Below, piece after piece: positions 1-10,900 of a DNA stretch of 50,399 bases. Every line of letters starts with the position of its first letter. Position 1 is the stretch's first letter. The translations under genes were made by a program, and so were the position numbers. The DNA is from an uncultured Victivallales bacterium (GTDB taxonomy: Bacteria; Verrucomicrobiota; Kiritimatiellia; UBA8416; CAZWPN01). The DNA lies in contig CAZWPN010000008.1 of assembly GCA_964635275.1 (NCBI GenBank), forward strand, positions 1-50,399, read 5' to 3'. The notes under the pieces are model-generated. The model had not been told where the DNA came from. It ran no database searches and was given only the letters and a program-made list of their open reading frames with translations.

Positions 1-1
1 G

Positions 2-172
2 GCGGGGTTGACGAATCTGCCGACGGATCTGAGTCGGTTCTCGGTGGCGGATGGGCTGGTTGTGAGTGGGCGGGTGAGCGGGGTGGAGTTGAATCTGGCT
101 GGGCTGAATGCGAACGTGGGGAACTACCTGGCGAGCGAGCGGCCGTGCATCCGGCAAAAGGAGAACGACTGA
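2..172 (+). CDS. 3' end of a hypothetical protein (partial, starts before the window)
   Basis: Open frame from the window edge, AGLTNLPTDLSRFSVADGLVVSGRVSGVELNLAGLNANVGNYLASERPCIRQKEND*, with mostly G/C third positions; convergent with the integrase. Confidence 0.4.
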   Translation, partial: AGLTNLPTDLSRFSVADGLVVSGRVSGVELNLAGLNANVGNYLASERPCIRQKEND

Positions 173-254
173 ATTCCGCGCCGGGGCCCGCGCCGCCGGC
201 GTCACCGTCGCGTGGTATGCCTGGTTGAAGTGGCGGCGGTAGTTCGAAGTCGGT

Positions 255-1913
255 TCACACCAGCGCGGCCATACGCTTGAACAGATCCTTTTCTGCTGCC
301 GTCGCGGTCCCTGCTGACACCTTTGCGGCAATCTTTACGAGGTCCTGGCCTGTAGTGGCGGGCGGCTTGGCGCCGGTCAAAACGGCGGGCATCGCTTCGG
401 TCAAAACAGCCCTGAATTGTTCGCGATTGGGGCGGAAATAGTGCTCCATGACAACGGCAACCGTTCTGTGTCCGGTGACGCGCTGAACAATCTCGACGGG
501 CACGCCAGCGGTCAAAGCGAGTGTGACAAATGTTGTGCGCAGTGCGTGCCAGTCGCGGATGCTTGCCGACATCTGACCCTGTTCTCGTTGCGTTCGCGTG
601 CATCGGGCGATTGCGGCGGTGATGCTTCTCTTTGTGTGCCGTCCCGCGCCGGACCTTACAAACGGTTTGCCAATCCAGTTTTCAACAGCGTGGAGGTGCA
701 TAGAAACGGAGGCGCGTGCCGTGCCGGTCTTAGCTTCAATGTCGCGTAAAGACTCGCCGGCGCAATATGCCCGGAATGTAGAAAGCAATCTTTCGCGGCG
801 CTCGCTCTCTGGGACGTTTGCCATGATGGCGGCGGTGCCCTCGGCTTCGATTTCGGCGGCGGGCGTTGGGGTGGGCTGTGTTTTCGGTGTGTTCCCGTCA
901 AGGGCTCTCGCCACGATCTTCTTGAAGCCCCAAGTCAACGCGCCCCGATGATTGCGTAGTGTGGCCGCGGCATCGGGGAAGACCTGTCCGCTTGCCTTCG
1001 GCCCCCGTTTAATCAGGACTGCCCGCAGAGGGGGGAATATCGGGATCTCGACGGCGGTTTCAGTCTTTGACGTTTTCACGGCAAGCATGTTTCCGGCAAG
1101 ATCGACGTCGCGCCAGTCGAGATTGCACACGTCGCCACGGCGCATGCCGGTGCAGGCGGCTGTGACAATCAGGGGATACATGAAGCGGTCGGTCCGGGCG
1201 GTTTCCATAATCGCCTGCAGTTCCTCGGCGGTGAATGGTTTGCGGTGCACAACTCCGCTTTCCTCGTTGTTTCGGCGGCCAATGAAACTGGCAAACGGAT
1301 TTGCTGCCCCCACGGGGAGGAAACGAGACAATGCCTTGTTCAAGAGCCGGACGCCATACTGGGCAGTCGAAGACGATAAACGCTTGCCGCCGTTCGGACG
1401 AGGGGTTCGTAATTCTTTGACGAAGGCGGCGGCATCTACCGGCGTCACTTCGTACAGGTAGACCGCTCCTGGCCTGCGTTCTTTCATAAAGGCTATGAAG
1501 CGGCGGAAATGCGCGTCACAGTTTACCAGGTGCGCTTCGGTAACTTCGGCTTGGCGGCCCAGGTTGCGCCATCGGTCGGGGAGGGCAGCAATCCGCGTGT
1601 ATTCCACGGTCTGGCCTGTCTTGCTTTCGATCAAGCGTTCAGTGAGGTGCTCGACTCGGCCCTTGCGCCGGGCGTCTTCGACGTGTTCGGCAAGGGCCGT
1701 TTCGGCTTTCGCGCGACTCGCCTCGAAGGTGGCGTCGCCGGGGTCGCTCCATTTGCCCGAAGTTGGCGGTATGCCTTGCCATTGAATGTTCAGGTTGATT
1801 TCGCGGTGCTTGTTGTCCAGTTTGTATTGCCCGTACCAGTGTGCGCGGAGTCTGCCGTTGCGTTGTGTCTTCAACCGAACGCTTTTTTTGGAGCCTTCTA
1901 TGTTGTCGCTCAT
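255..1913 (-). CDS. Tyrosine recombinase/phage integrase (552 aa) with an internal HTH insertion
   Basis: Catalytic set is intact: R (TGMRRGD), K (VKTSKT), HxxR (WHALR), H (TGHR), Y (EHYFR). ATG at 1913 is preceded by GGAGGGGG; the longer ORF-track start runs into the att region. Confidence 0.93.
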   Translation of the reverse strand: MSDNIEGSKKSVRLKTQRNGRLRAHWYGQYKLDNKHREINLNIQWQGIPPTSGKWSDPGDATFEASRAKAETALAEHVEDARRKGRVEHLTERLIESKTGQTVEYTRIAALPDRWRNLGRQAEVTEAHLVNCDAHFRRFIAFMKERRPGAVYLYEVTPVDAAAFVKELRTPRPNGGKRLSSSTAQYGVRLLNKALSRFLPVGAANPFASFIGRRNNEESGVVHRKPFTAEELQAIMETARTDRFMYPLIVTAACTGMRRGDVCNLDWRDVDLAGNMLAVKTSKTETAVEIPIFPPLRAVLIKRGPKASGQVFPDAAATLRNHRGALTWGFKKIVARALDGNTPKTQPTPTPAAEIEAEGTAAIMANVPESERRERLLSTFRAYCAGESLRDIEAKTGTARASVSMHLHAVENWIGKPFVRSGAGRHTKRSITAAIARCTRTQREQGQMSASIRDWHALRTTFVTLALTAGVPVEIVQRVTGHRTVAVVMEHYFRPNREQFRAVLTEAMPAVLTGAKPPATTGQDLVKIAAKVSAGTATAAEKDLFKRMAALV

Positions 1914-1982
1914 GTCCCCCTCCATTGCTGTCAAGTGTGTGTTAAAGCATGTAACGAAACGCAACTTTGGACAAGCAGAAAA

Positions 1983-2002
1983 AGGACACAAGGTAGGACA
2001 CA
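1983..2002 (+). repeat. Tandem direct repeat AGGACACA x2, candidate integrase arm-type sites
   Basis: AGGACACA at 1983-1990 and 1995-2002, between the integrase start and the att core. Confidence 0.55.
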
Positions 2003-2056
2003 CACAGAAATATTGGAAGAAAAGGGCCAAAAAAAAGGGAAAAACATGGGTAAAAC

Positions 2057-2106
2057 GCCAGACTTCCAAGCTGGCATCACGGGTTCAATTCCCGTCGCCC
2101 GCTCCA
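2057..2106 (+). mobile_element. attR: displaced 3' half of tRNA-Gly(TCC)
   Basis: CTTCCAA anticodon loop (2063-2069), GCTGG stem half, T-arm ACGGG-TTCAATT-CCCGT, acceptor strand GCCCGC-T-CCA ending at 2106. No matching 5' acceptor strand (GCGGGC) upstream. Confidence 0.85.
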
Positions 2107-2262
2107 CTATTCCCCAGGCATTGTAACCGACACAGACTCAGGGGGTAGCCTTGGCTGTCGGCTGCGCAGAGTGCTGGACATCTTCCACTATTTCTGACAT
2201 TGTCACAGCATCGAGTCGATGCTTGTCGCAACGTGCATGAACGTCGGAGCGGAGATCGTACG

Positions 2263-2760
2263 ATGATGATTGAACATAGCGGCGTGGGTGGGCAGGGTGA
2301 CTTGGCGGCCCAATGCAGGCAACGGATGAGTGTGCTGAAGATGATCCACAAGTCACTGGTCGCAGGACCTGTTATGTTCGGGTTGGTCGTTTTCATCATA
2401 ACGAAGGACCGGATGACATTCGACCTTGCGTTTCGCAACACCGTGACTGTCTTTGCCTGTGTAGTTGCGGTCATCAGCGTTGGTGTGGCATCGCAGTTGA
2501 GCGGGATGGTCCGCAAGGCCGGCAGGCAACAGACGGATTTCGATGCTGTCTGGCCGAAGTATATGGTTTTTGTTCTGATGCGTGCCGCAATAATCGAGGG
2601 AGGTGCCCTGTTCTCGGCTGTTGCCGTGATGCTTACGGGCAATATCCTGCCGTGGATTCCGTTTGCAGTCTGCGCCGTTGCCTTGGCGGTCTTTCGCCCG
2701 ACTCAGCAGGAGTTCATTGAGCTGTTTCAACCGGAAAGGACACCATGGACATCGCGATAG
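2263..2760 (+). CDS. Hypothetical membrane protein (~4 TM, 165 aa)
   Basis: ATG 2263 after GGAG; about four hydrophobic segments; overlaps the next gene by 16 nt. Confidence 0.7.
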   Translation: MMIEHSGVGGQGDLAAQCRQRMSVLKMIHKSLVAGPVMFGLVVFIITKDRMTFDLAFRNTVTVFACVVAVISVGVASQLSGMVRKAGRQQTDFDAVWPKYMVFVLMRAAIIEGGALFSAVAVMLTGNILPWIPFAVCAVALAVFRPTQQEFIELFQPERTPWTSR

Positions 2761-3716
2761 GTATTGGTATCGGAGTCATCGCGTGGATTATCATCCGGTG
2801 CGTCTTAACCGGGTTCTATACGGTGGACCAGAACCAGCGTGCGGTGAAGACTGTTTTCGGTCGCGCCGAACGGATGGGAAACCTCACTACACTCGACGAT
2901 CCGATCGCGGAATCGCTGCGCGACGATGAAAGGGCGCGATACTGCTACCCGCAGGTGAGGGTGATCATGCCGGGAGGGCCCTACTTCAAGTGGCCCTGGG
3001 AGGAAGTCCATAAGGTGTCGATAGCCACCGAGACGGCTAACATGGCTTTCGATCCGGAGTCGCCCACCGCGAATCATGGCGGCACCGTACTGGAGGCTGT
3101 GACCAAGGACCAGCTCAATACGGGGCTGACCGGACAGATTCGCTTTCAGGTGTCTGAGCGGAACCTCTATGCGTACCTGTTCGGAGTGACCAAGCCGATC
3201 GCGCACGTTATGGGCTATTTCGTCTCCGTGCTGCGGGAAAGGATCGCCACGTTTGAGGCGCCAGGCAAGGACGCGGTGGAGACCATAGCGGTCGAGGGCA
3301 TTTCGATCAACGACCTCCGCAAGAACCTTCGCGATCTTAACGAGCATATGGACAAGGAATGCCGCTGCTCCGAAGCGCGTTACGGCATACGGCTCGACGC
3401 TTCGCTGATCACCGGCATTGATCCGCCTGTCGAGGTCGAATCGGCGCTTGCCGCGATTAACACGGCGCACAATCAGGTGTCCTCGGATATCAGTCTTGCG
3501 ACAGCGTCCGCGGACCAGCGGATCGTGCTGTCCCGACGAGCCGTGGAGATCGAGACGTTGAAAGCGGAGGCGGAGGTTGAGCCGCTGCGGCGGTTGACAT
3601 CGCAACTGACGGAACTCAAGCGAAACGGAAGCGATTCCATGCACGCCTATGTGAGGAATGTGAGGCTAGAGCTGTTTTCCCAAGCGCACCGAGTGATCGA
3701 GGAGGTGAAGGCATGA
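2745..3716 (+). CDS. SPFH/band 7 domain membrane protein
   Basis: N-terminal TM, FYTVDQNQRAVKTVFG, PGGPYFKWPW, VTKDQ, YGIRL..ITGIDPP, C-terminal A/E-rich coiled coil. Confidence 0.85.
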   Translation: MDIAIGIGIGVIAWIIIRCVLTGFYTVDQNQRAVKTVFGRAERMGNLTTLDDPIAESLRDDERARYCYPQVRVIMPGGPYFKWPWEEVHKVSIATETANMAFDPESPTANHGGTVLEAVTKDQLNTGLTGQIRFQVSERNLYAYLFGVTKPIAHVMGYFVSVLRERIATFEAPGKDAVETIAVEGISINDLRKNLRDLNEHMDKECRCSEARYGIRLDASLITGIDPPVEVESALAAINTAHNQVSSDISLATASADQRIVLSRRAVEIETLKAEAEVEPLRRLTSQLTELKRNGSDSMHAYVRNVRLELFSQAHRVIEEVKA

Positions 3717-4648
3717 ACCTGATCCTCTCTGTCGCAGGGATAACCGTTGTCACGTTTCTGTTCGGAGTGCCGCTGCTGCTGGGCGTGGCGCGACTTCTGG
3801 GGGTTTACGCTATTGTGCGCGAGCGCCAGTGCCATGTATTCGTGCTGTTCGGCAAAGTCATCGGCATCCTGAACGAGCCCGGACTCTGGTTCTTGTGGAG
3901 TCGCCTGGGTTGGAAGGCGCTGCTGGTGGGATGGTTGGGACGTTGCCACGTGACGGACATGCGAATCGACCAGGCGTATCTTCGCAGTCAGCCGGTGAAC
4001 TCTGAAGAAGGGGCTCCGATGGGCATCGGGATCTGGTATGAGATGTATATCTGCGATCCTGTGGCGTACCTATTCAAGAATGTCGATCCGCGCGGATCTT
4101 TGGCAGCCAATGTCGGCAATTCAACGGTCCGGTGCCTGAGCAACTTGCCGCTTTCGAAGATGCTTATCAACCGCCACGGGATGAGTCGGACGGTGCGCGA
4201 GGAGGTCACGCCCAAGTCCAACGAGTGGGGCTATCAACTCGGGTCCACCTATATCCGTAAGGTTCACTTCAGGGATCCTGAAATGATCCGGCAGATCGAG
4301 AGCAAGGTGGTCAACCGCTTGCGTCAGGTCACGGCCGCGATCAAGCAGGATGGGGCGAATCAGGTGAGTATCATCACCAGCACCGCGGAGCGCCAGGCCG
4401 CGATCGAGTTCGGCAAGGCTGCTGCGGTGCGGCCCGCGATTGTCGGCTGCGCAATGGCGGAGATCACGCGTGATCGGGATGTGTCGGAGGCTCTTTTCGC
4501 GATATTGGAAACGAAGCGCATCGTCGACGGTGAGGCCAACCTGACGCTGATCAGGGCGTCGGGGCAGGCTTTGATTGCGCAACTGTTGGCCGCAGAACCG
4601 CAACGACAACCAGGGGCTGCAGCGCTATCATCCAAGCCGGTCGGCTGA
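3713..4648 (+). CDS. SPFH/band 7 domain membrane protein (second, divergent paralogue)
   Basis: N-terminal TM, IVRERQCHVFVLFGK..EPGL, VNSEEGAPM, WGYQLGSTYIRKV; ATGA overlap with the upstream gene. Confidence 0.85.
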   Translation: MNLILSVAGITVVTFLFGVPLLLGVARLLGVYAIVRERQCHVFVLFGKVIGILNEPGLWFLWSRLGWKALLVGWLGRCHVTDMRIDQAYLRSQPVNSEEGAPMGIGIWYEMYICDPVAYLFKNVDPRGSLAANVGNSTVRCLSNLPLSKMLINRHGMSRTVREEVTPKSNEWGYQLGSTYIRKVHFRDPEMIRQIESKVVNRLRQVTAAIKQDGANQVSIITSTAERQAAIEFGKAAAVRPAIVGCAMAEITRDRDVSEALFAILETKRIVDGEANLTLIRASGQALIAQLLAAEPQRQPGAAALSSKPVG

Positions 4649-4778
4649 AGAGTGGCTAACGGTTGAGAGCCGGCAAGACTTGGTGTCCGTCAGGCAGCTA
4701 TTGAAACGACAGTCGCTCCCTTACGCGATGGCGATTTGTCTTTCCTTCACCACCAGCGTGTGGTATATGTATAACCCC

Positions 4779-6197
4779 ATGCGTGACGACACTCCTAAAG
4801 AAGCGTGTGGGGTTTTTGGTGTCTACGGGGTAGAGCCCGTGGCGGCAACAATTTACCGTGGACTTTTTTCCCTCCAGCACCGTGGTCAGGAAGGTGCAGG
4901 CATAGTGGTCAGCAACGGCCGCGATGTCAAATCCCTCAAAGGCGAGGGGTTGGTTGCCGATGTTTTCAACCGCCAGTCCATTGAAGATCTTCAGGGTTTC
5001 CTTGGCATCGGCCATGTGCGGTATTCCACGACAGGTTCATCCCGCATCCAGAATGTTCAGCCCCTTATAGTTGAATGCGTAGATGGTATATGGGCCGTCG
5101 CTCACAACGGGAACCTGGTCAACGCCGGTAAACTGCGGCAAATGTATCAGGAGGCAGGCGCCATTTTTCAGACCAGCACGGACAGCGAGGTGCTGGTTCA
5201 TCTGCTGGCTGACCCGATGTTCCGCCGTCGCCCGCAGCGTGTGGCGCGCGCCTTGAGTGAGCTGCAAGGATCTTTCTCCTTCGTTATTATGACGCCGCAA
5301 TGCGTTATGGCTGCCAGAGATCCGATGGGGTTCCGTCCGTTGTGCATCGGTCGTCTGGGGAAGGGGTGGGTGTTTGCCAGCGAAACGTGTGCGCTTGCGC
5401 AGGTAGGCGCAGAGTATGTGCGCGATGTCCTTCCGGGCGAGCTGGTGGTGGCCGACGCCACCGGGCTTAACTCCAGCATGTTTGCCGAGGCTACGCCTGG
5501 GCTGGCCCAGTGTGTGTTTGAGCTGGTCTACTTTGCCCGTCCCGACAGCTCGGTTTTTGGGATGAATGTGCACATGGCCCGCTTTGCGTATGGGTTACGG
5601 CTGGCCAAGGAGCATCCGGTTGACGCTGATATTGTCATTTCGGTCCCTGACAGCGGCAACTCAGCCGCGCTTGGGTTCTCGCGGGGCAGCGGTATTCCGC
5701 TGGACTTCGGGTTCATACGCAACCACTACATCGGCCGTACGTTCATCATGCCGGAGAAGAACGACCGGCAGGATGGCGTAGATATGAAACTGTCCGTTCT
5801 GGCCGAGGTGGTGAAAGGGCGTCGCGTGGTCGTGGTGGACGACTCGATCGTCCGTGGGACCACGGCGCGACGGCGTGTGCATTGCCTGCGGCAGGCTGGG
5901 GCCAAGGAGATACACGTTCGTATTTCGTGTCCTCCCGTGGCGCATCCATGCTTCTACGGCATCGACTTTCCGACGCGCGAGGAACTCATCGCCGGAGGTC
6001 ATGACGTGAAGACGATTCGAGACTTCCTGCAGGCGGACAGCCTCGGTTATTTGAGCGAGGAAGGGCTGCTTTCGCCCTTCGATAATCAGCGCGACTTTTG
6101 CACGGCGTGCTTCTCGGGACGGTACCCTGTGGAAGCAAGCATCCCGGGGGGTAAGAAGACACTCGAGACGCTGAGTCTGGAATTGAAGCTATCGTAA
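4779..6197 (+). CDS. purF: Amidophosphoribosyltransferase
   Basis: Propeptide then [28 protein letters not shown] motif [12 protein letters not shown], Fe-S cysteines (CFYG, CTACF). Start could be 4767. Confidence 0.97.
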   Translation: MRDDTPKEACGVFGVYGVEPVAATIYRGLFSLQHRGQEGAGIVVSNGRDVKSLKGEGLVADVFNRQSIEDLQGFLGIGHVRYSTTGSSRIQNVQPLIVECVDGIWAVAHNGNLVNAGKLRQMYQEAGAIFQTSTDSEVLVHLLADPMFRRRPQRVARALSELQGSFSFVIMTPQCVMAARDPMGFRPLCIGRLGKGWVFASETCALAQVGAEYVRDVLPGELVVADATGLNSSMFAEATPGLAQCVFELVYFARPDSSVFGMNVHMARFAYGLRLAKEHPVDADIVISVPDSGNSAALGFSRGSGIPLDFGFIRNHYIGRTFIMPEKNDRQDGVDMKLSVLAEVVKGRRVVVVDDSIVRGTTARRRVHCLRQAGAKEIHVRISCPPVAHPCFYGIDFPTREELIAGGHDVKTIRDFLQADSLGYLSEEGLLSPFDNQRDFCTACFSGRYPVEASIPGGKKTLETLSLELKLS

Positions 6198-6234
6198 CGG
6201 AATGGCAGCTGAAGCTGCCGAGGGGCAGGGTCGG

Positions 6235-7902
6235 ATGCGAACGACAACAAAGCACATTTTCGTGACAGGAGGAGTGGTTTCCTCGCTGGGTAAGGGACTT
6301 ACGTCGGCGGCGCTCGCCCTGCTGCTTTCGCGGCGGGGGTACCGGGTACGTCTGCAGAAGCTCGACCCGTACATCAATGTTGATCCCGGCACGATGTCCC
6401 CATACCAGCACGGGGAAGTGTACGTGACCGATGATGGGGCCGAGACCGACCTTGATCTGGGGCACTACGAGCGGTTTACCGGCGAGCCATGCACGCGGGC
6501 GAGCAACTACACGACGGGTCGGATCTACAGCACAGTGATTTCGCGGGAGCGCGAAGGCGGGTACCTCGGCAAGACGGTGCAGGTGATACCGCACATCACG
6601 GACGAGATCAAGGCGGCGATCCGTTCGCTGGCAGCCGAAGACGTGGATATCGTAATCACCGAGATTGGCGGAACGGCCGGCGACATTGAGTCACTGCCAT
6701 ACTTGGAGGCGATCCGCCAGTTCCGTCAGGAAATAGGGCGCCAAAACGGGCTGTTCATTCACATTACGCTGGTGCCTTTTATCCGGGCAGCCGGCGAGAT
6801 GAAGACTAAGCCGTCACAGCAGTCTGTCGGCATCCTCCGTACGATAGGGATTATTCCAGATATTCTGGTCTGCCGCTGCGAGCATCCTCTTAAGAAGGAA
6901 CACAAGGAGAAGCTTGCGCTGTTCTGCAATGTGGATGAAGAACTGGTGATTGAGGAACGAGATGTCGCCCACTCGATTTACGAGGTTCCTCTGGACCTGG
7001 CCAGGCAGGATGTGGATGTCTATATTCTGGAGAAGCTCAACCTGCACGTGAACCAGATCAATCTGGACGACTGGCGGGAGATGGTTGAGAAGCTGATCCA
7101 TCCGAAGGCCGGTGAGGTTGAGATTGCGGTAGTCGGAAAGTACATCAGCCTGCGAGACTCGTACAAGAGCATCTACGAAGCACTGACTCATGGCGGTGCG
7201 GCGAATAGCGCCAAGGTCAAGGTTCGCATGGTGGAGTCCGAGGACATCGAGAAGCGCGGGGCAGAGGTGCTGCTAGGGGGCGTCGGCGGCATTCTGGTGC
7301 CCGGCGGTTTCGGAAACCGTGGCGTGGAGGGGAAGATTGCGGCGGGCCGTTATGCGCGCGAGCAGAAGATCCCGTACTTCGGGATATGCCTCGGGATGCA
7401 GTGTGCGGTGATGGAGTTCGCGCGCAACGTCTGCGGGCTGGAGGGCGCCAATAGCACCGAGTTTGACCAGCAGACGCCACATCCTGTGATCGATCTCATG
7501 GAGACCCAGCGCACCGTTCAGATGAAGGGCGGCACCATGCGGCTTGGAACCTATCCATGCCGGTTGACCGAGGGAAGCCTTGTGCGCAGGGCTTACGGGG
7601 CGGAGATGATATCCGAGCGGCACCGCCATCGTTACGAGTTCAACAACCGCTATCGTGCCGCGGTTGAGGGATCCGGGATGGTGATCTCCGGGCAGTCGCC
7701 CGATGGGTCGTTGGTTGAGGTAATTGAGCTGCGGGATCATCCATGGTATGTGGCTTGTCAGTTCCATCCGGAATTCAAGTCCACCGCACTCCGGGCTCAC
7801 CCGCTTTTCAGGGATTTCGTGTCTGCGGCCTTGGTTCGCTCCCCAAAGTTGCGTTCGGCGGCGAAGGGTGCTGGCGCCGCGCGGAACCGGTCGGCCGATT
7901 GA
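6235..7902 (+). CDS. pyrG: CTP synthase
   Basis: [42 protein letters not shown]. Alternative start 6202. Confidence 0.98.
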   Translation: MRTTTKHIFVTGGVVSSLGKGLTSAALALLLSRRGYRVRLQKLDPYINVDPGTMSPYQHGEVYVTDDGAETDLDLGHYERFTGEPCTRASNYTTGRIYSTVISREREGGYLGKTVQVIPHITDEIKAAIRSLAAEDVDIVITEIGGTAGDIESLPYLEAIRQFRQEIGRQNGLFIHITLVPFIRAAGEMKTKPSQQSVGILRTIGIIPDILVCRCEHPLKKEHKEKLALFCNVDEELVIEERDVAHSIYEVPLDLARQDVDVYILEKLNLHVNQINLDDWREMVEKLIHPKAGEVEIAVVGKYISLRDSYKSIYEALTHGGAANSAKVKVRMVESEDIEKRGAEVLLGGVGGILVPGGFGNRGVEGKIAAGRYAREQKIPYFGICLGMQCAVMEFARNVCGLEGANSTEFDQQTPHPVIDLMETQRTVQMKGGTMRLGTYPCRLTEGSLVRRAYGAEMISERHRHRYEFNNRYRAAVEGSGMVISGQSPDGSLVEVIELRDHPWYVACQFHPEFKSTALRAHPLFRDFVSAALVRSPKLRSAAKGAGAARNRSAD

Positions 7903-7922
7903 GGTGAGGGAGTAGAATACCT

Positions 7923-10900
7923 ATGCCTAGGCGAACAGACATCAAGAAGATCATGCTGATCGGTTCCGGTCCCATCGTGATCGGACAAGCATGTGAATTC
8001 GACTATTCCGGTGTTCAGGCCTGCAAGTCGCTTCGTGAGGAGGGCTACGAGATCGTGCTGGTGAACAGCAACCCGGCGACGATCATGACGGACCCGGAGT
8101 TTGCCGATCGGACATACATCGAGCCGCTGACCGTGGACTGCATCCGGGAGATCATTCGCCGGGAACGGCCAGACGCACTGTTGCCGACGATGGGTGGGCA
8201 GACTGCGTTGAACCTGGCAATCCAGTTGGACGAGCAGGGCGTGCTGCAGCGGTTTGGCGTGGAGATGATTGGCGCTAATCCAGGGGTGATCAGGAAGGCC
8301 GAAGACAGGGGCCTGTTCAAGGCGGCGATGCAACGCATCGGACTGGATGTGCCGCGGAGCGCGTCGGCTCATTCCATCGAGGAGGCCAGGGCGATTCGTA
8401 ACCGGCTCGGCTCGTTTCCTCTGGTCATCCGTCCAGGGTTCACCATGGGAGGAACAGGCGGTGGCATAGCTTTTGACGATAAGGAGTTCGAGGAAATAGT
8501 GCAGCGCGGCCTCTTCTACAGTCCGACGAAAGAGGTGCTGATTGAGGAGTCCGTTCTCGGGTGGAAGGAATTCGAACTCGAGGTTATGCGGGACTGCAAG
8601 GATAACTGCGTCATCGTCTGCTCGATCGAGAACGTGGATCCGATGGGCGTTCATACTGGCGACAGCATCACAGTGGCGCCGGCGCTGACCCTTACCGATC
8701 GGGAATACCAGCGCATGCGTGACGCGGCTATTGCGGTAATGCGCGAGATTGGCGTGGATACCGGTGGGTCCAACGTGCAGTTCGCGATTAACCCCGACGA
8801 CGGGCGGATGGTCGTCGTTGAGATGAATCCCCGGGTCTCTCGCTCCAGCGCGCTTGCATCGAAAGCCACCGGGTTCCCTATCGCAAAGATTGCGGCCAAG
8901 CTGGCGGTCGGATACACCTTGGACGAGATCCGCAACGACATCACGCGTGAGACCCCGGCATGCTTCGAGCCGGCGATCGACTATATAGTCACCAAGATTC
9001 CGCGTTTCGCTTTCGAGAAGTTCGCTGGCGCTGACGACCGGCTGGGCACGCAGATGAAGTCCGTCGGTGAGACGATGAGCATAGGCAAGACATTCAAGCA
9101 GTCCTTCCAGAAGGCGCTGCGGTCGCTGGAGACTGGTCGTGCCGGATTTGGCGCGGATGGCAAGGATCAACGGTTCGAGGGGTTTTCTGACGAGGAACTA
9201 GGCGCCAACCTGACCCGCCCGAACGCCACCAGGGTGTTTGCCATCAGGGCGGCCTACCGCCGGGGGTGGAGCGTGGATAGGATCCATGCGCTGACGCGGA
9301 TTGACCGCTGGTTTCTCCGTCAGTTCGAGGAGCTGGCGGCCTACGAGGATGAGATCCGAAGGGCTGGTGGACTTGGCGGGCTCAAGGCTGACCCCGCGCT
9401 TTTCCGGCAGGCGAAGGAGTTCGGGTATTCGGACCGGCAACTCGCATGGCTCTGCGGGAGCACGGAGTCGGCTGTGCGCGATGCGCGGGAGACGCTGGCT
9501 CTCAAGCCGGTCTATGGGCTGGTGGATACATGTGCAGCGGAGTTCTCGGCCTTTACCCCGTATTTCTACTCGACCTATGGTGGTGTGAACGAGAGCCGAC
9601 CGAGTGGGCGGCGCAAGATCATGATTCTGGGTGGCGGGCCGAACCGGATCGGGCAGGGGATCGAGTTCGACTACTGCTGCGTCCATGCGGCATTCGCGCT
9701 GCGTGACGCTGGGTTTGAGACGATCATGGTGAACAGCAACCCGGAGACGGTCAGCACGGACTACGACACGAGCGACCGCCTGTATTTCGAGCCGCTCACA
9801 TTGGAGGATGTGCTGCATATCTACCGGCACGAAGGGTGTGAGGGGGTGATTGTACAATTTGGCGGGCAAACGCCGCTTAACCTTGCGCGAGACTTGGAGC
9901 GCAACGGCGTGAAAGTCGTCGGAACGAAGCCTGACAGCATTGAGATGGCCGAGGATCGGAAATGCTTCGCCGAGATGGTGGAAAGGCTGGGCATCTGTCA
10001 GCCGGCAAATGGGATTGCCACGACTATTGCCGAGGCGGAACTGATCGCTGAACGGATCGGCTACCCGGTGCTGATGAGGCCGTCGTTTGTGCTTGGCGGC
10101 CGGGCAATGGTAATCGTCTACGACAGGAACATGCTCCACCGCTACATGACCGATGCTGTTGATGTCTCCGAAAAGCGACCGGTACTTGTGGATCATTACC
10201 TTGAGAACGCCATGGAAGTGGATGTTGACTGCATCTCGGACGGGGAAATAGTTGTGATTGGCGCGATCATGGAACATGTGGAATTGGCCGGTATCCATTC
10301 TGGCGACAGCGCGTGCACCATTCCAACCTCCGGGCTGTCGCCCGAGGTTCTGAACACGATCCGGCTGCAAACGGTGGCGATGGCTAAGGAACTGAAGGTC
10401 TGCGGCCTGATGAACGTTCAGTTCGCCGTTCAGAACGAGACGGTCTTTGTCCTTGAGGTCAATCCTCGTGCTTCCCGGACTGTGCCCTTTGTGAGCAAGG
10501 CCATTGGAGTGCCTTTGGCCAAGCTGGGCGCCCTGGTGATGGTGGGGCACAAACTCAAGGATCTCGGGTTCACCCAGGAGTTGAGCACAAAGTACCACTC
10601 CGTCAAGGAGGCGGTGTTCCCGTTTACCCGGTTTCCGGGTGTTGACGTGGTGTTGAGCCCCGAGATGCGGTCCACTGGCGAGGTGATGGGAATAGACTCC
10701 TCGGTGGCCATGGCCTTCCTGAAGAGCCAGGTGGCAGCCGGAAATCCGCTGCCCACCTCAGGAAACGTTTTCCTGAGCGTGCGCGACGACGACAAGGCTG
10801 CCACGTTGCCGTTGGCGCGGCGATTGGTGGAACTGGGGTTCACGATCTACTCCACCAGTGGGACGAGCACGATTCTCCGCGAGAACGGCATCCGAAGCCA

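Larger units (their letters stand above)
1..2106. mobile_element. Right end of an integrative element (genomic island/prophage/ICE) inserted at a tRNA-Gly(TCC) gene
   Basis: Tyrosine integrase lies next to a 3' tRNA-Gly fragment and tandem arm-type repeats. The left end is outside the window. Confidence 0.8.

Noticed and set aside
1914-2069. N-terminal extension of the integrase in the ORF track
   Set aside because: It reads through att/arm-site DNA (F/C-rich translation of A-tracts); a good RBS precedes ATG 1913.
2031-2106. Intact tRNA-Gly gene
   Set aside because: The 5' acceptor strand and 5' D-stem are replaced by A-rich sequence, and the anticodon stem has an A-G mismatch; treated as an att fragment.
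7797-10598. Long antisense ORFs (457 and 466 aa), and similar ones at 26667-27836, 37357-38277 and 40706-41752
   Set aside because: Shadow frames opposite well-conserved genes in GC-rich DNA, with no recognisable motifs.
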